A stretch of DNA of 59,795 nucleotides from NCBI GenBank assembly GCA_028826165.1, contig JAPDFW010000036.1, forward strand, positions 1-59,795. Reading direction: 5' to 3'. The notes below the pieces were generated by a model, which saw only the letters and a list, made by a program, of their open reading frames with translations, ran no database searches and was not told the DNA's origin. The DNA is from Anaeramoeba ignava BMAN (Eukaryota; Protista; Anaeramoebae). Positions 19,659-32,489 of this stretch are shown here, one piece after another; position 1 is the first letter of the stretch; every line of letters begins with the position of its first letter. The position numbers and the translations under genes were made by a program.

Positions 19659-22600
19659 TTAGAAATCAAAATATGCTTCAATATCTGAATCATCATCATT
19701 AAAAGGAATATCAACAATTAAATTATTTTCATTTTCATTTTCATTTTCATTTTTATTTTCATTTTCATTTTCATTTTCATTTTGATTTTGATTTTCATTT
19801 CCAATTTGATTTTGATTTTTATTTTTATTTTGACTTTGATTTTGATTTTGATTTTCATTTTGATTTTTATTTTTATTTTGATTTTTATTTTGATTTTGAT
19901 TTTTATTTTTATTTTGAATTTGAATTTGATTTTGATTTTTATTTTTATTTTGATTTTGATTTTTATTTTTATTTTCATTTCCAATTTGATTTTGATTTTG
20001 ATTTTCATTTCCAATTTGATTTTGATTTTTATTTTTATTTTTATTTTGACTTTGATTTTGATTTTGATTTTGATTTTGATTTTGATTTTGATTTTGATTT
20101 TGATTTTGATTTTCATTTTGATTTTGATTTTGATTTTTATTTAGATTTTGAATTTGAATTTGATTTTTATTTTGATTTTCATTTCCAATTTGATTTTGAT
20201 TTTGATTTTTATTTTGATTTTTATTTTCATTTCGATTTTGATTTTGATTTTTACTTTCATTTCCAATTTCATTTTCATTTCCAATTTGATTTTCATTTTG
20301 ATTTTGATTTTTATTTTTATTTCCAATTTGATTTTCATTTTCATTTTGATTTTGATTTTGATTTTTATTTTGATTTTCATTTTGATTTTGATTTTTATTT
20401 TTATTTTGAATTTGAATTTGATTTTTATTTTGATTTTGAATTTTAATTTTATTTTCATTTTGATTTTGATTTTGATTTTGATTTTGATTTTGATTTTGAT
20501 TTTGATTTTGATTTTGATTTTGATTTTGATTTTGATTTTTTAATTCTTCTTCTTCTCTCTCCTTAAAAATATTCATTAAATTTAAATATTCTCTTATTAA
20601 AAATCTATTTTTGGGATTTAATTTTAAACCTTTTTCTAAATCAACTTGAGCAATATTAAAATTTTGAATAGCCATATTAGCTTGAGCTCTTCTATATAAA
20701 CATTTTACATTATTAGGATCTCTTTTCAAAACAGTAGTACAAGTCATAATAGCTTTTCCAAATTCACCAATTTTTAAATGACATAAAGCTAAATTTGAAA
20801 GAATTTGACCTTTTAATTGTTCACATTGTTTTCTTTGAGAAAATTTCAATTTAGAATTTTGGAATTTAATTATTCTAATAGCTTTTGAATATGAAATCAT
20901 AGCAATTTTATATTTTTCCATTTTAACATATTCATTTCCTTCTTCTTTCATTGATTTTGATTTTAACATTCTTTCTGAAACACTAAATGAGTCCAAATTT
21001 TTGAAATTAATTCGAACTTTTTCTTTGATTTGTTGCATATGAATATTGAATATCACTGTTGAATTTCCTGGAATTGTTGGTGGACTTCCAAATTTTCCAT
21101 ATGCTTCATTTGGTGGAATTGTAATCTCACAAATTTCTTGTTCTCTCATTGTCATTAATCCTTTTTCAAATCCTGGTATTACTTTTCCACTTCCAATAAT
21201 ATAAACTAATGGATGATTTCGTTTCCATGTTGAATCAAAAATTTCTCCATTTTCTAAACGAGCTTCATAATGAGCTTCATTATTATTTATAAAATTATTT
21301 ATAAAATTAAATATAAAATTATTTATAAAATTAAATATAAAATTATTTATAAAATTATTTATAAAATTAATTATAAAATTATTTATAAAATTAAATATAA
21401 AATTATTTATAAAATTATTTATAAAATTAAATATAAAATTATTAATAAAATTATTTATAAAATTATTTATAAAATTATTTATAAAATTATTTATAAAATT
21501 AAATATAAAATTATATATAAAATTATTAATAAAAATTATTTATAAAATTATTTATAAAATTATTTATAAAATTATTTATAAATTAAATATAAAATTATTT
21601 ATAAAATTATTTTATAAAATTAAATATAAAATTAAATATAAAATTAAATATAAAATTATATATATAAAATTATTTATAAAGTTATTTATAAAGTTATTTT
21701 ATAAAATTATTTATAAAAATTTTCATTTATAAAATTATATATAAAATTATTTTATAAAATCAAATATAAAATTATTTATAAAATTATTTATAAAATTATA
21801 TGTAAAATTATATATAAAATTATTTATAAAATTATTTATAAAATTAAATATAAAATTAATTATAAAATTATTAATAAAATTATTTATAAAATTATTTATA
21901 AAATTTATTTTTATAAAATTATTTATAAAATTAAATATAAAATTATTTTATAAAATTATTTATAAAATTATTTATAAAATTATTTATAAAATTATTTATA
22001 AAATTATATATAAAAATTATTTATAAAATTATTTATAAAATTATTTATAAAATTATTTATATAAAATTATATATAAAATTAAATATTAAAAATTAAATAT
22101 AAAATTAAATACATAAAATTATTATTTATTAAATTATTTATAAAATTATTAATAAAATTATTTATAAAATTATTTATAAAATTAAATATAAAATTATTTA
22201 TTAAAATTATTTATAAAATTAATTATAAAATTATTTATAAAATTATTTATAAAATTATTTATAAAATTATTAATAAAATTATTAATAAAATTAAATATAA
22301 AATTATTAATAAAATTAAATATAAAATTATTAATAAAATTATATATAAAATTATTTATAAAATTATTTGTAAAATTATTTATAAAATTATTTGTAAAATT
22401 ATTTATAAAATTATATATAAAATTAATTATAAAATTAATTATTAAATTATTTATAAAATTATTTATTAAATTATTTATAAAATTATTTATTAAATTATTT
22501 ATAAAATTATTTATAAAATTATTTATTAAATTATTTATAAAATTATTTATAAAATTATTTATAAAATTATTTATAAAATTATTTATAAAATTATTAATAA

Positions 22601-22748
22601 AATTATTTATAAAATTACCAGTAATAATAGAACCTTTTGGAATAAGTTTTCTTTCACCTTTTCCTTCTTTTTTAATTAATTTTTGAATTCCATTTGAAGT
22701 CATTTCAACATTTTTACCTAATTCACCTAAACTTAAAATTTCAAACAT
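19659..22748 (-). CDS. FKBP-type PPIase plus TPR co-chaperone with long poly-QN tail, 2 exons
   Basis: Intron 21275-22618; spliced ..KGSIITAHYEARLENGEIFDST..GKVIPGFEKGLMTM..AYGKFGSPPTIPGNST; TPR motifs KEEGNEY, NLALCHLK, KCLYRRAQA. Confidence 0.92.
21275..22618. repeat. Intronic 12-bp satellite (ATAAAATTATTT)n
   Basis: Directly visible; fills the FKBP intron. Confidence 0.95.
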
Positions 22749-23051
22749 TATTTATAAAATTTTCTTTTTAAATTAAAATGAAAAAAATGAAAAAAATGAA
22801 AAATGAAAAATGAAAAATGAAAAAATTTTTTTTGAATTTTTTTTCATTTTAAAAAATTGCAAAAAAAAAATGAAAAAAAAAAAAAGATTTAAAAGAAATT
22901 TCTTCTTAGAATTGTTTGTTGAGAACAAGAGAAATTTAAATCAAATTATTTAAAAAAAAAATAATGTATTTGAATTCAATAAAATTCGGAATTTTATAAA
23001 TTGATTTTTTTTTTGGATTTTAAAAATGATTTTTTTTTAAAAATGATTTCT

Positions 23052-25705
23052 TTAACAACATCCATCTTTCTTTTTAGGTTTTTTTTGATCTGTAGGAGAT
23101 AATTCACTTTTATCTGGATCAATAATAATTGAAGTTTTTTTAACAGGAACAAAAGCAGATCTTGAATTGGTTGGATTTTCATTTTTGAACATTTCTTTTT
23201 ATAAAAACAAATTTGTATTTTATTTTAATAATTTTAATTTTAATTATAAATATAATTTTAATATTAATTTAATTATAAATATTATTTTAATTTTAATTAT
23301 AAATATAATTTTAATTATAAATATAATTTTAAATATAAATATAATTTTAATTATAAATATAATTTTAAATATAAATATAATTTTAATTATAAATATAATT
23401 TTAAATATAAATATAATTTTAAATATAAATATAATTTTAAATATAAATATAATTTTAATTATAAAATATAATTTTAATTATAAAATATAAATATTAATTA
23501 TAAATATAATTTTAAATATAAATATAATTTTAATTATAAATATAATTTTAATTATAAATATAATTTTTAATTATAAATATAATTTTAATTATAAATATAA
23601 TTTTAATTATAAATATAATTTTAATTATAAATATAATTTTAATTATAAATATAATTTTAATTTTAAATATAATTTTAATATTAAATATAATTTAATTACA
23701 AATATAATTTTAATATTAAATATAATTTTAATTTTAAAAATGAAAAATTTTAATTATGAATTAATTTTTTTGATTATAAATATTGCAAAATTATAAATAT
23801 AATTTTTAATATTAAATATAATTTTAATTATAAATATAATTTTAATTATAAATATAATATTTGTTTACGAGTTGCTAAATCTGTAAATATTTCTGTAATT
23901 CCTTTTCCAGTTTTTGCTGATGTATAATAATGATTTGCTCCTACAGATTCAGCATATCTAAAACGTATTTTTTTGTTAGAATGAAAAATATAAATTAAAA
24001 GAATTATTTACTGTAAAGCTTGTTCAGATGAAACTGCTTGTTTATTTGCATAATCATATTTATTACCAGCAATAACAATTACTGGCTTTTTTTGAAGAAT
24101 TGATAATAATTCTTTAACCCAATGTTGAACTCTTTCGAAAGATTTAAGATCAGTTATATCATAAACCAAAATAGCACCTTTAATTATAAAATAATTTATA
24201 AAATAATTAATAAAATAATTAATAAAATAATTAATAAAATAATTAATAAAATAATTAATAAAATAATTTATAAAATAATTAATAAAATAATTTATAAAAT
24301 AATTAATAAAATAATTTATAAAATAATTACCATTAGCATCTCTATAATAAATATGACTTAAAGCATGATAAACTTCTTGCCCTGCTGTATCCTTTTATTT
24401 TGAAATTTATTATTAAATTTATTATTAAATTTATTATAAAATTTATATTAAATTTATTATTAAATTTATTATTAAATTTATTATTAAATTTATTTTGAAG
24501 TTTATTATAAAATTTATTATAAAATTTATTATGAAATTTATTATAAAATTTATTTTGAAATTTATTATAAAATTTATTTTGAAATTTATTATAAAATTTA
24601 TTTTGAAATTTATTATGAAATTTATTTTTAAATTTATTATAAAATTTATTAAAAATTTATTATTAAATTTATTATTAAATTTATTATAAAATTTATTTTT
24701 GAAATTTATTATAAAAATTATTTTGAAATTTATTTTGAAATTTATTATGAAATTTATTATAAAATTTATTTAGCCTTGAAATTTATTATTAAATTTATTA
24801 TAAAAATTATATTAAATTTATTATAAAATTTATTGCTGTTCTATTATTAAATTTATTTTGAAATTTATTATTAAATTTATTTTGAAAATTTATTATTAAA
24901 TTTATTATGAAATTTATTATTAAATTTATTGAAATATTTATTAAATTTATTATGAAATTATATTAAAATTTATTATAAAATTTATTATTAAAAATAATTT
25001 ATTTTGAAATTTATAAATAAAATTTATTTTGAAATTTATTATAAAATTTATTATAAAATTTATTATGAAATTTATTATAAAATTTATTTTGAAATTTATT
25101 TTGAAATTTATTATAAAATTTATATTGAAATTTATTTTGAAATTTATTATTAAATTTATTTTGAAATTTATTATAAAAATTTATTTAAAAATTTATTAAA
25201 AATTTATTTTGAAATTTATTATAAATTTATTTTGAAATTTATTATAAAATTTATTTTTGAAATTTATTTTTGAAATTTATTTTGAAATTTATTATGAAAT
25301 TTATTATTAAATTTATTATTAAATTTATTTTGAAATTTATTATTAAATTTATTTTGAAATTTATTTTGAAATTTATTATTAAATTTATTATTAAATTTGT
25401 TTTGAAATTTATTATTAAAGTTTGTTTATTTTATTTAGTTGATACCCAAATTGAAAGTTTTACTCTTCCTTCTGGTAAATCTAAACTTTTATCAAGATAA
25501 GCTGCTCTTTTTGTTGATTTCATATCAGGATCAAATGTATCATCAATATATTTAATTAAAATACTTGTTTTGCCAACTCGACCTATTGAAAATATTATAT
25601 TCATTTTCTTTCTAATTGGTTTTTTTTATTAAATTTTATTAAATTTATTTTTATAAACAAACCTTCTCCTAAAAGAACAATTTTATAATGTTTAAAACTT
25701 TCCAT
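23052..25705 (-). CDS. RAB21: Rab21-like small GTPase, 6 exons (absent from the ORF track)
   Basis: Spliced: KIVLLGEGRVGKTS, IWDTAGQEVYHAL..YYRDANGAILVYDIT, GNKYD, YAESVGANHYYTSAK, C-terminal GCC*; introns 25583-25662, 24392-25445, 24178-24330, 23958-24011, 23195-23868. Confidence 0.88.
23195..23868. repeat. Intronic 18-bp satellite (TATAAATATAATTTTAAT)n
   Basis: Rab21 last intron. Confidence 0.9.
24392..25445. repeat. Intronic 12-bp satellite (AAATTTATTATA / AAATTTATTTTG)n
   Basis: Rab21 intron 2. Confidence 0.9.
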
Positions 25706-25876
25706 TTTTTTTTGATTCAAAAAAGTGTGTTTTTTGTTAAAGAAAAGAATGAAAGAAAAAAAAGATAAATGAAACAAAAAGGAAAAAAATGAAAAAAATG
25801 AAAATTTTTTTTTAAAATTTAGGAAGTTTATTATTTAAAAAAAAAATTTTTTTCTCTTTTAATTTGGGATAAAATC

Positions 25877-26526
25877 GAAATAAAATTTTAATTAGATTTT
25901 AAATTGAAATATTTGGATTAAAATTTTAATTGAATTAAATTTTTAAATTGAATTGAAATATTAAATCAAATTGAAATTAAATCAAATTGAAATTTTAAAT
26001 TGAATTGAATTTTTAAATCAAATTGAAATTTTAAATTGGATTGAATTTTTAAATTAAATTGAATTGAATTTTTAAATCAAATTGAAATTTTAAATTGGAT
26101 TAAATTTTTAAATCAAATTAGATTTTAAATTGAATTGAAATATTAAATCAAATTGAAATTAAATCGAATTAAATTTTTAAATCAAATTGAAATTTTAAAT
26201 TGAATTGAATTTTTAAATCAAATTGAAATTTTAAATTGGATTGAATTTTTAAATTAAATTGAATTGAATTTTTAAATTAAATTGAATTGAATTTTTAAAT
26301 TGGATTGAATTTTTAAATTAAATTTTTAAATTGAATTGAAATATTAAATCAAATTGAAATTAAATTGAATTGAATTTTTAAATTAAATTGAATTAAAATA
26401 TTTGGATTAAATTTTTAAATTGAATTAAATTTTTAAATTGAAATAAAATTGAATTGAAATAAAATTTTAATTAGATTTTAAATTGAAATATTTGGATTAA
26501 ATTTTTAAATTGAAATTAAATTGAAT
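25877..26526. repeat. Intergenic minisatellite (~18-bp units such as TTTTAAATTGAATTGAAT) bounded by 46-bp direct repeats
   Basis: 25877-25922 is identical to 26456-26501; tandem units in between. Confidence 0.8.
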
Positions 26527-29500
26527 TTAATTTTGCTTCGTTTCATTCGATAATTCAAAAGTTCCAGCAGGATAAAAACTTAGTTTCAAAGTAGAATCAC
26601 CAATTTGAGATTCTTCAAAAATAATTCTTGAATCAAGTTTTTCTTTGGGTAATTTCTCCAAAGGAATCAAAACAGAATTAAAAGCTTTTTTGAAATCAAG
26701 AGAATAAACTGGGGAATTAATAACAGTATTCAAACAAGGAGATTTCAAAGATTTTCCATCACCATCATTTTCGACTTGATAGAAAACATCGACAACATCA
26801 GAAACTAATAATTTGGCATTTTTTCTGAGTTTCTGGACTTTGGAAATAATTTGTCTTGCGAAATATTCCTGAAGAAGATCATCATTGAGTGTGATATCCA
26901 ATGAGATTGTAGCCTCATCACCAGAATCGCCAGCATAAAGATTTTTGTCACCAACAAACTGGCGGATGATTTTGAACTCATTGCGCTCAATAGTGAATCC
27001 TGCAAGCGTGATTTTGCCTGTGTCCAAAAGAGAATAAATTTGGGATTCGTTGAGTTTTTTTGCTTCTTGACTAACGTCTCCGAATTTCTTGCCCAATTTT
27101 TCACCGAGAGCCTTTCCATCGGGTCTTAAAGCGTATGTGACCCAGTCTTTTTCTTTTGTTTCGTATCGGATTGAACGAACGTTGAGTTCTTCTTTAATGT
27201 AAGACTCCATTCTTTTGAGGTCTTTGAGATAATCCTCGGAATGGTGGATTAAAATGAGCTCTGAAAGTGGGAGTTTTAAACTCAAATTCTTGCGCTCGCG
27301 TGATTTTCTTCCGAGAATGATGACTTCTTGCATTCGAGACACAATTCTCTCGATGTCTTCGTCTGTTTTCTCGCTCCAGATCTCAGGAATCATTTCGAAA
27401 TGAACAGAATCTTCTTTTTGGTTATCAGGAAGACATTTGGATAAATTTTGGTAAACAAACTCTGTGAAAAACGGTGTGAATGGAGCCATTGTTTTGCAGA
27501 GAACAAGAAGAACCTCGAAAAGTGTTGTGAGCGAATATAATTGCTGTTCTTCGCCTTCTTTTCCTTTGAGTCTCATCCTGTTAAATCGCACATACCAATT
27601 TGTGAGCTGGTCGATAAATTTAACGAGTTTGGGAATAACAGTGTAAAGTCTGTATTCAGACATTTCGTTTTTGAAAAACTTCAGAAGCGTTAGTGTTGAT
27701 GAAAGGATCCATTGATCCATAAAATTTGTTGATTTCATTGCAAAATCGCGGTCTGGTTTGAAATTTGTTTTTGTTTTAGTTGAGTATACAAGAGATTGCT
27801 GGACAAAGAAACGGTATGCGTTATACCAAGGAAGAAACACATTTCGGTTGACATTATGCACGCCGACTTCCTGGAAAACGAGCGGATCTGCATGGACAAC
27901 AGGAGAGTTAATTAGATACAATCTGAGCGCATCTGCGCCGTATTTGTTGACAACTTTCAACGGATCGGGATAATTCTTGTCTCGTTTGCTCATTTTCTTC
28001 TTTGTTTTATCAAGAACAAGTCCGTTGACAATTAAATTCTTAAAAGGTGGCTTGTCAAAAAGAGCGGTTGAAAGAACCAGTAATGTGTAGAACCAACCCC
28101 GTGTTTGATCCAATCCTTCTGCGCAAAAATCTGCTGGGAATGTCTTCTCAAAAACCTCTTTGTTCTCGAATGGATAGTGTAATTGCCCATAAGGCATCGA
28201 TCCTGATTCGAACCAGCAGTCAAACACCTCGCTCACTCGATGCAGTTTTTCGCCAGGATGAAGCTTGGATTCGATTGTTAGATCATCGATTTTATCCCGA
28301 TGAAGATCAGTGACATCTTTGGCACCTGTCAGATCTTCAAGTTCTTTGACAGAGCCAACAACAACAATTTCGTCGTAATTTTCACTTGTCCAAATTGGTA
28401 ATGGTGTTCCCCAAAATCTACTTCTTGAAATCGACCAATCTTTCGCGTCTTTTAGCCAGTTATGGAACCGTCCTTCTTGGATCGCTTTAGGAACCCAGCG
28501 TGATTGCAAATTATTGACAAGCAGTTTTTCTTTGATAGATTCAACATGGACAAACCATGAAGGAACTGCTTTGTAAATTAATGGTGTGTTTGAGCGCCAG
28601 CAAAACGGATATGAATGTTTTGTTACTTCTTGATTGATTAAACGTTTTTTCTCCTTCAATAATCTTGTGATATCCTTATCGCAATCCTTTACATATCTTC
28701 CTTGGAAATCACTCACTTCTTCAGTGAAATTTCCTGTCGAATTGACAGGACAAACAACTTCTCCATCTTTTTCTACAATTTTATTTGCTAAGCAAACTCT
28801 GTAATCGTCTTCTCCAAATCCTGGTGCCATATGAACAATTCCTGTTCCTGATTCTTCGTCAACGTATGAATCACAAAGAACTCGGAAAGCTCCTTTTTCT
28901 CGGAGGTTTATGAAGTAATCAAATAATGGTTCGTATTCTAATCCTTCTAATTCTTTTCCTGTCATTTTCTTTAATACTTGATATTGTTTCTCTCCTTTTT
29001 TTGGGTATACTGAGTTGATTCTTTTTTCAAGTAAAATGAATTTTTGTTGAGATTTAAGATCTAGGACTTGGACGTATGTAAATTCAGGATTGACACAAAC
29101 TGCTAAATTACTAGGAAGAGTCCAAGGAGTAGTTGTCCAAGCGAGTAATTTAACGTCAGGTTCTTTTAATAATGGGAAAGTTACAACAACTAAATTTATA
29201 ATAAATATTTAAAATATAAATAAATATTTAAAATATAATAAATATAATAAATATAATAAATATAATAAATATTTAAAATATAATAAATATTTAAAATATA
29301 AATATAATAAATATAATAAATATTTAAAATATAATAAATATAATAAATATAATAAATATATAAAATAATATAATAAATATAATAAATATAATAAATATAA
29401 TAAATATAATAAATATAATAAATATAAATAAATATAAATAAATATTTAAAATATAATAAATATAAATAAATATTTAAAATATAATAAATATAATAAATAT

Positions 29501-30215
29501 AATAAATATAATAAATATAATAGATATAATAATTATAATAAATATAATAAATATAAATATTTAAAATATTAAATTCATTGCTTCAATTACTTGAAGGTTC
29601 AGTAACATCTTTATAATTTAAATTAGCTTCAAAATTAGAAAGAGGAGTACTACAACCAGTTGAAAAAGGCATAACTTTAAAACCTCTATAAACTAAATTT
29701 TTATCAAACAACTGTTTAAAAACCCACCAAACAGATTCCATAAAAGAAGTATCAAGAGTTTTATAATCATTTTTAAAATCAATCCAACGACCCAAACGCC
29801 AAATAATAGATTCCCATTCTTTTGCATAACGCATAACAATTCCTCGACAAGTATTATTATATTCAGCAATTCCGCCGGATAACTTCATGACATCATCACC
29901 GGATTTAATGCCAAGCATTTTGTCAACTTCATATTCTACCGGCAAACCGTGAGTGTCCCATCCAAAACGCCGGGTAACATGATGTCCTGTTTGATGTGCG
30001 TATCTTGTCACAATGTCTTTTATTGTTCCTGCTAAAATATGTCCATAATGTGGTAATCCTGTTGCAAATGGTGGTCCATCATAAAATGAATATGGTTTTC
30101 TTCCTTCGGATTTTTTTAATGATGTTTGAAATGCATCAATTTCTTCCCAATATTTTAATATTTTTTCTTCTTCTTCTGCAAAATTTACTTTTTCAGAAAC
30201 TTGTTTAAATTCCAT
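26527..30215 (-). CDS. IARS1: Isoleucyl-tRNA synthetase, eukaryotic cytosolic type, 2 exons
   Basis: [56 protein letters not shown]; intron 29190-29590. Confidence 0.97.
29190..29590. repeat. Intronic 9-bp satellite (ATATAATAA)n
   Basis: IleRS intron. Confidence 0.9.
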
Positions 30216-30401
30216 TATTATTTTTTATTTTGGAAAATATTTGAAAAAAAAAATGAAAAAATAAAAAGATGAAAAAAAATTTTTTCTTTTTTAATTTTTT
30301 TTTATATACTAATTTTTACGTCATATCACGTTTTTTTTTTATTTTTTATTTTTCATTTTTTTTTTCTTTTTTCTTTTTTCTTTTTTTTAATTATTAAATT
30401 A
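30216..30401. promoter_or_regulatory. Putative bidirectional promoter IleRS/hypothetical gene (186 bp) with central ACGTCATATCACGT
   Basis: Head-to-head ATGs; isolated CpG-containing quasi-palindrome in otherwise A/T sequence. Confidence 0.55.
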
Positions 30402-32310
30402 ATGACAATTTTTGTTAAAAATTCTCAACAAAATCCTTTTAAATTGTAAATAGATTTATTATAAAATCCAAAATAGAGAAAAAACCAAATCAAATTTTAA
30501 TTTAAAAAGGAATTCTCTTTTATAAATTTAACGCATTTTAAATCAATTTTGAAATTTATAGCAAATAACAAAATAAATATAAATATAATTATAAAAATAA
30601 AAATAAATATAAATATAAATATAAATATAAATATAAATATAAATATAAATATAAATATAAATATAAATATAAATATAAATATAAATATAAATATAAATAT
30701 AAATATAAATATAAATATAAATATAAATATAAATATAAATATAAATATAAATATAAATATAAATATAAATATAAACATAAAAATATAAATATAAATATAA
30801 ATATAAAATATATAAAATATAAATATAAATATAAATATAAATATAAATATAAATATAAATATAAATATAAATATAAATATAAATATAAATATAAATATAA
30901 ATATAAATATAAATATAAATATAAATATAAAAAATAAATCTAAATATAAAATATAAATATAAATATAAATATAAATATAAATATAAATATAAAATATAAA
31001 TATAAATATAAATATAAATATAAATATAAATATAAATATAAATATAAATATAAAATATAAACATAAATATAAATATAAATATAAATATAAATATAAATAT
31101 AAATATAAATATAAATATAAAATAAATATAAATATAAATATAAATATAAATAAATATATAAATATAAATATAAATATAAACATAAATATAAAATATAAAT
31201 ATAAATATAAACATAAATATAAAATATAAATATAATTACAAAATATAAATATAAATATAAATATAAATATAAATATAAATATAAATTATAAATATAAATA
31301 TAAATATAAATATAAATATAAATATAAATATAAATATAAATATAAATATAAATATAAATATAAATATAAATATAAATATAAATATAAATATAAATATAAA
31401 TATAAATATAAATATAAATATAAATATAAATATAAATATAAATATAAATATAAATATAAATATAAATATAAATATAAATATAAATATAAATATAAATATA
31501 AATATAAATATAAATATAAATATAAATATAAATATAAATATAAATATAAATATAAATATAAATATAAATATATATATAAATATAAATATAAATATAAATA
31601 TAAATATAAATATAAATATAAATATAAATATAAATATAAATATTTTAATTTTGAAATTGAAATTGAAATTGAAATTGAAATTTAAATTTGTATTAATATT
31701 TAGAAAAGTTTTAGAAGGAGAAGTGGTTTATGATTATCAAATCGATTTTACAACAAATTTTGTTAAAGAAGGAAAAGATACAACAATTATAGTCCAAAAG
31801 AAAAAACTAAAAGAATCACCAAAATTCGAAGAAACAAATGAAAAACAAGAATTAATCACAAAATTAGAAAAACAACAAAAACAACAAAAGAAAAAAGAAG
31901 TTAAATGTGGATGTTATAAAAAAAAACAGAAATTCAAATTACAACATTTTATAACATCAGTTCATTTGCTAATTCAAATTGATACAAAAATTCATTTTGA
32001 TTCAAATCAAAATTTCTTAATAAAAGAAGGTTTATTTGAATATTCAGGTTTGCTTAACGGAGAAATATATCCAGTTTTTAGAATAAAAAACGCACAAGGT
32101 TCAGTTAGATTTCATCACAAAGAAAAATTACGCTTTATGGATCTTAGTCTTTCTTTTTCGGAAGTTATTCTTGATAGAAGAGATTCACTTTTAAAACAAT
32201 TGGGTCAAGAAATTTTGGATTTTGAAAAAATTGAAGAAAATGAAAATGAAATTGAGAAACAAAATAAAGTTGTTGTTTGGGGAACTATTCCAATTACAAA
32301 TATTGATTAA
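30402..32310 (+). CDS. Hypothetical protein (~217 aa), 2 exons
   Basis: ATG 30402 [17 protein letters not shown] 30446 to AG 31703 joins in frame to [15 protein letters not shown]..; complex non-repetitive ORF with no recognised motif. Confidence 0.7.
30600..31645. repeat. Intronic microsatellite (AAATAT)n, ~1 kb
   Basis: Directly visible. Confidence 0.95.
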
Positions 32311-32489
32311 TTTCCAAATCAAAATATTAAAATAATTTTTTTTTATTTTTATTATTATAATTCAAATAAAAATGATAAATTTTACAATTTAAATTTAAAA
32401 AAAAAACAACATTATTAAAAGTTTTTTTCATTTTTTTATTTTTTCATTTTTTTCCTTTTTTTCATTTTTTTTCATTTTTTTCTTTATAA

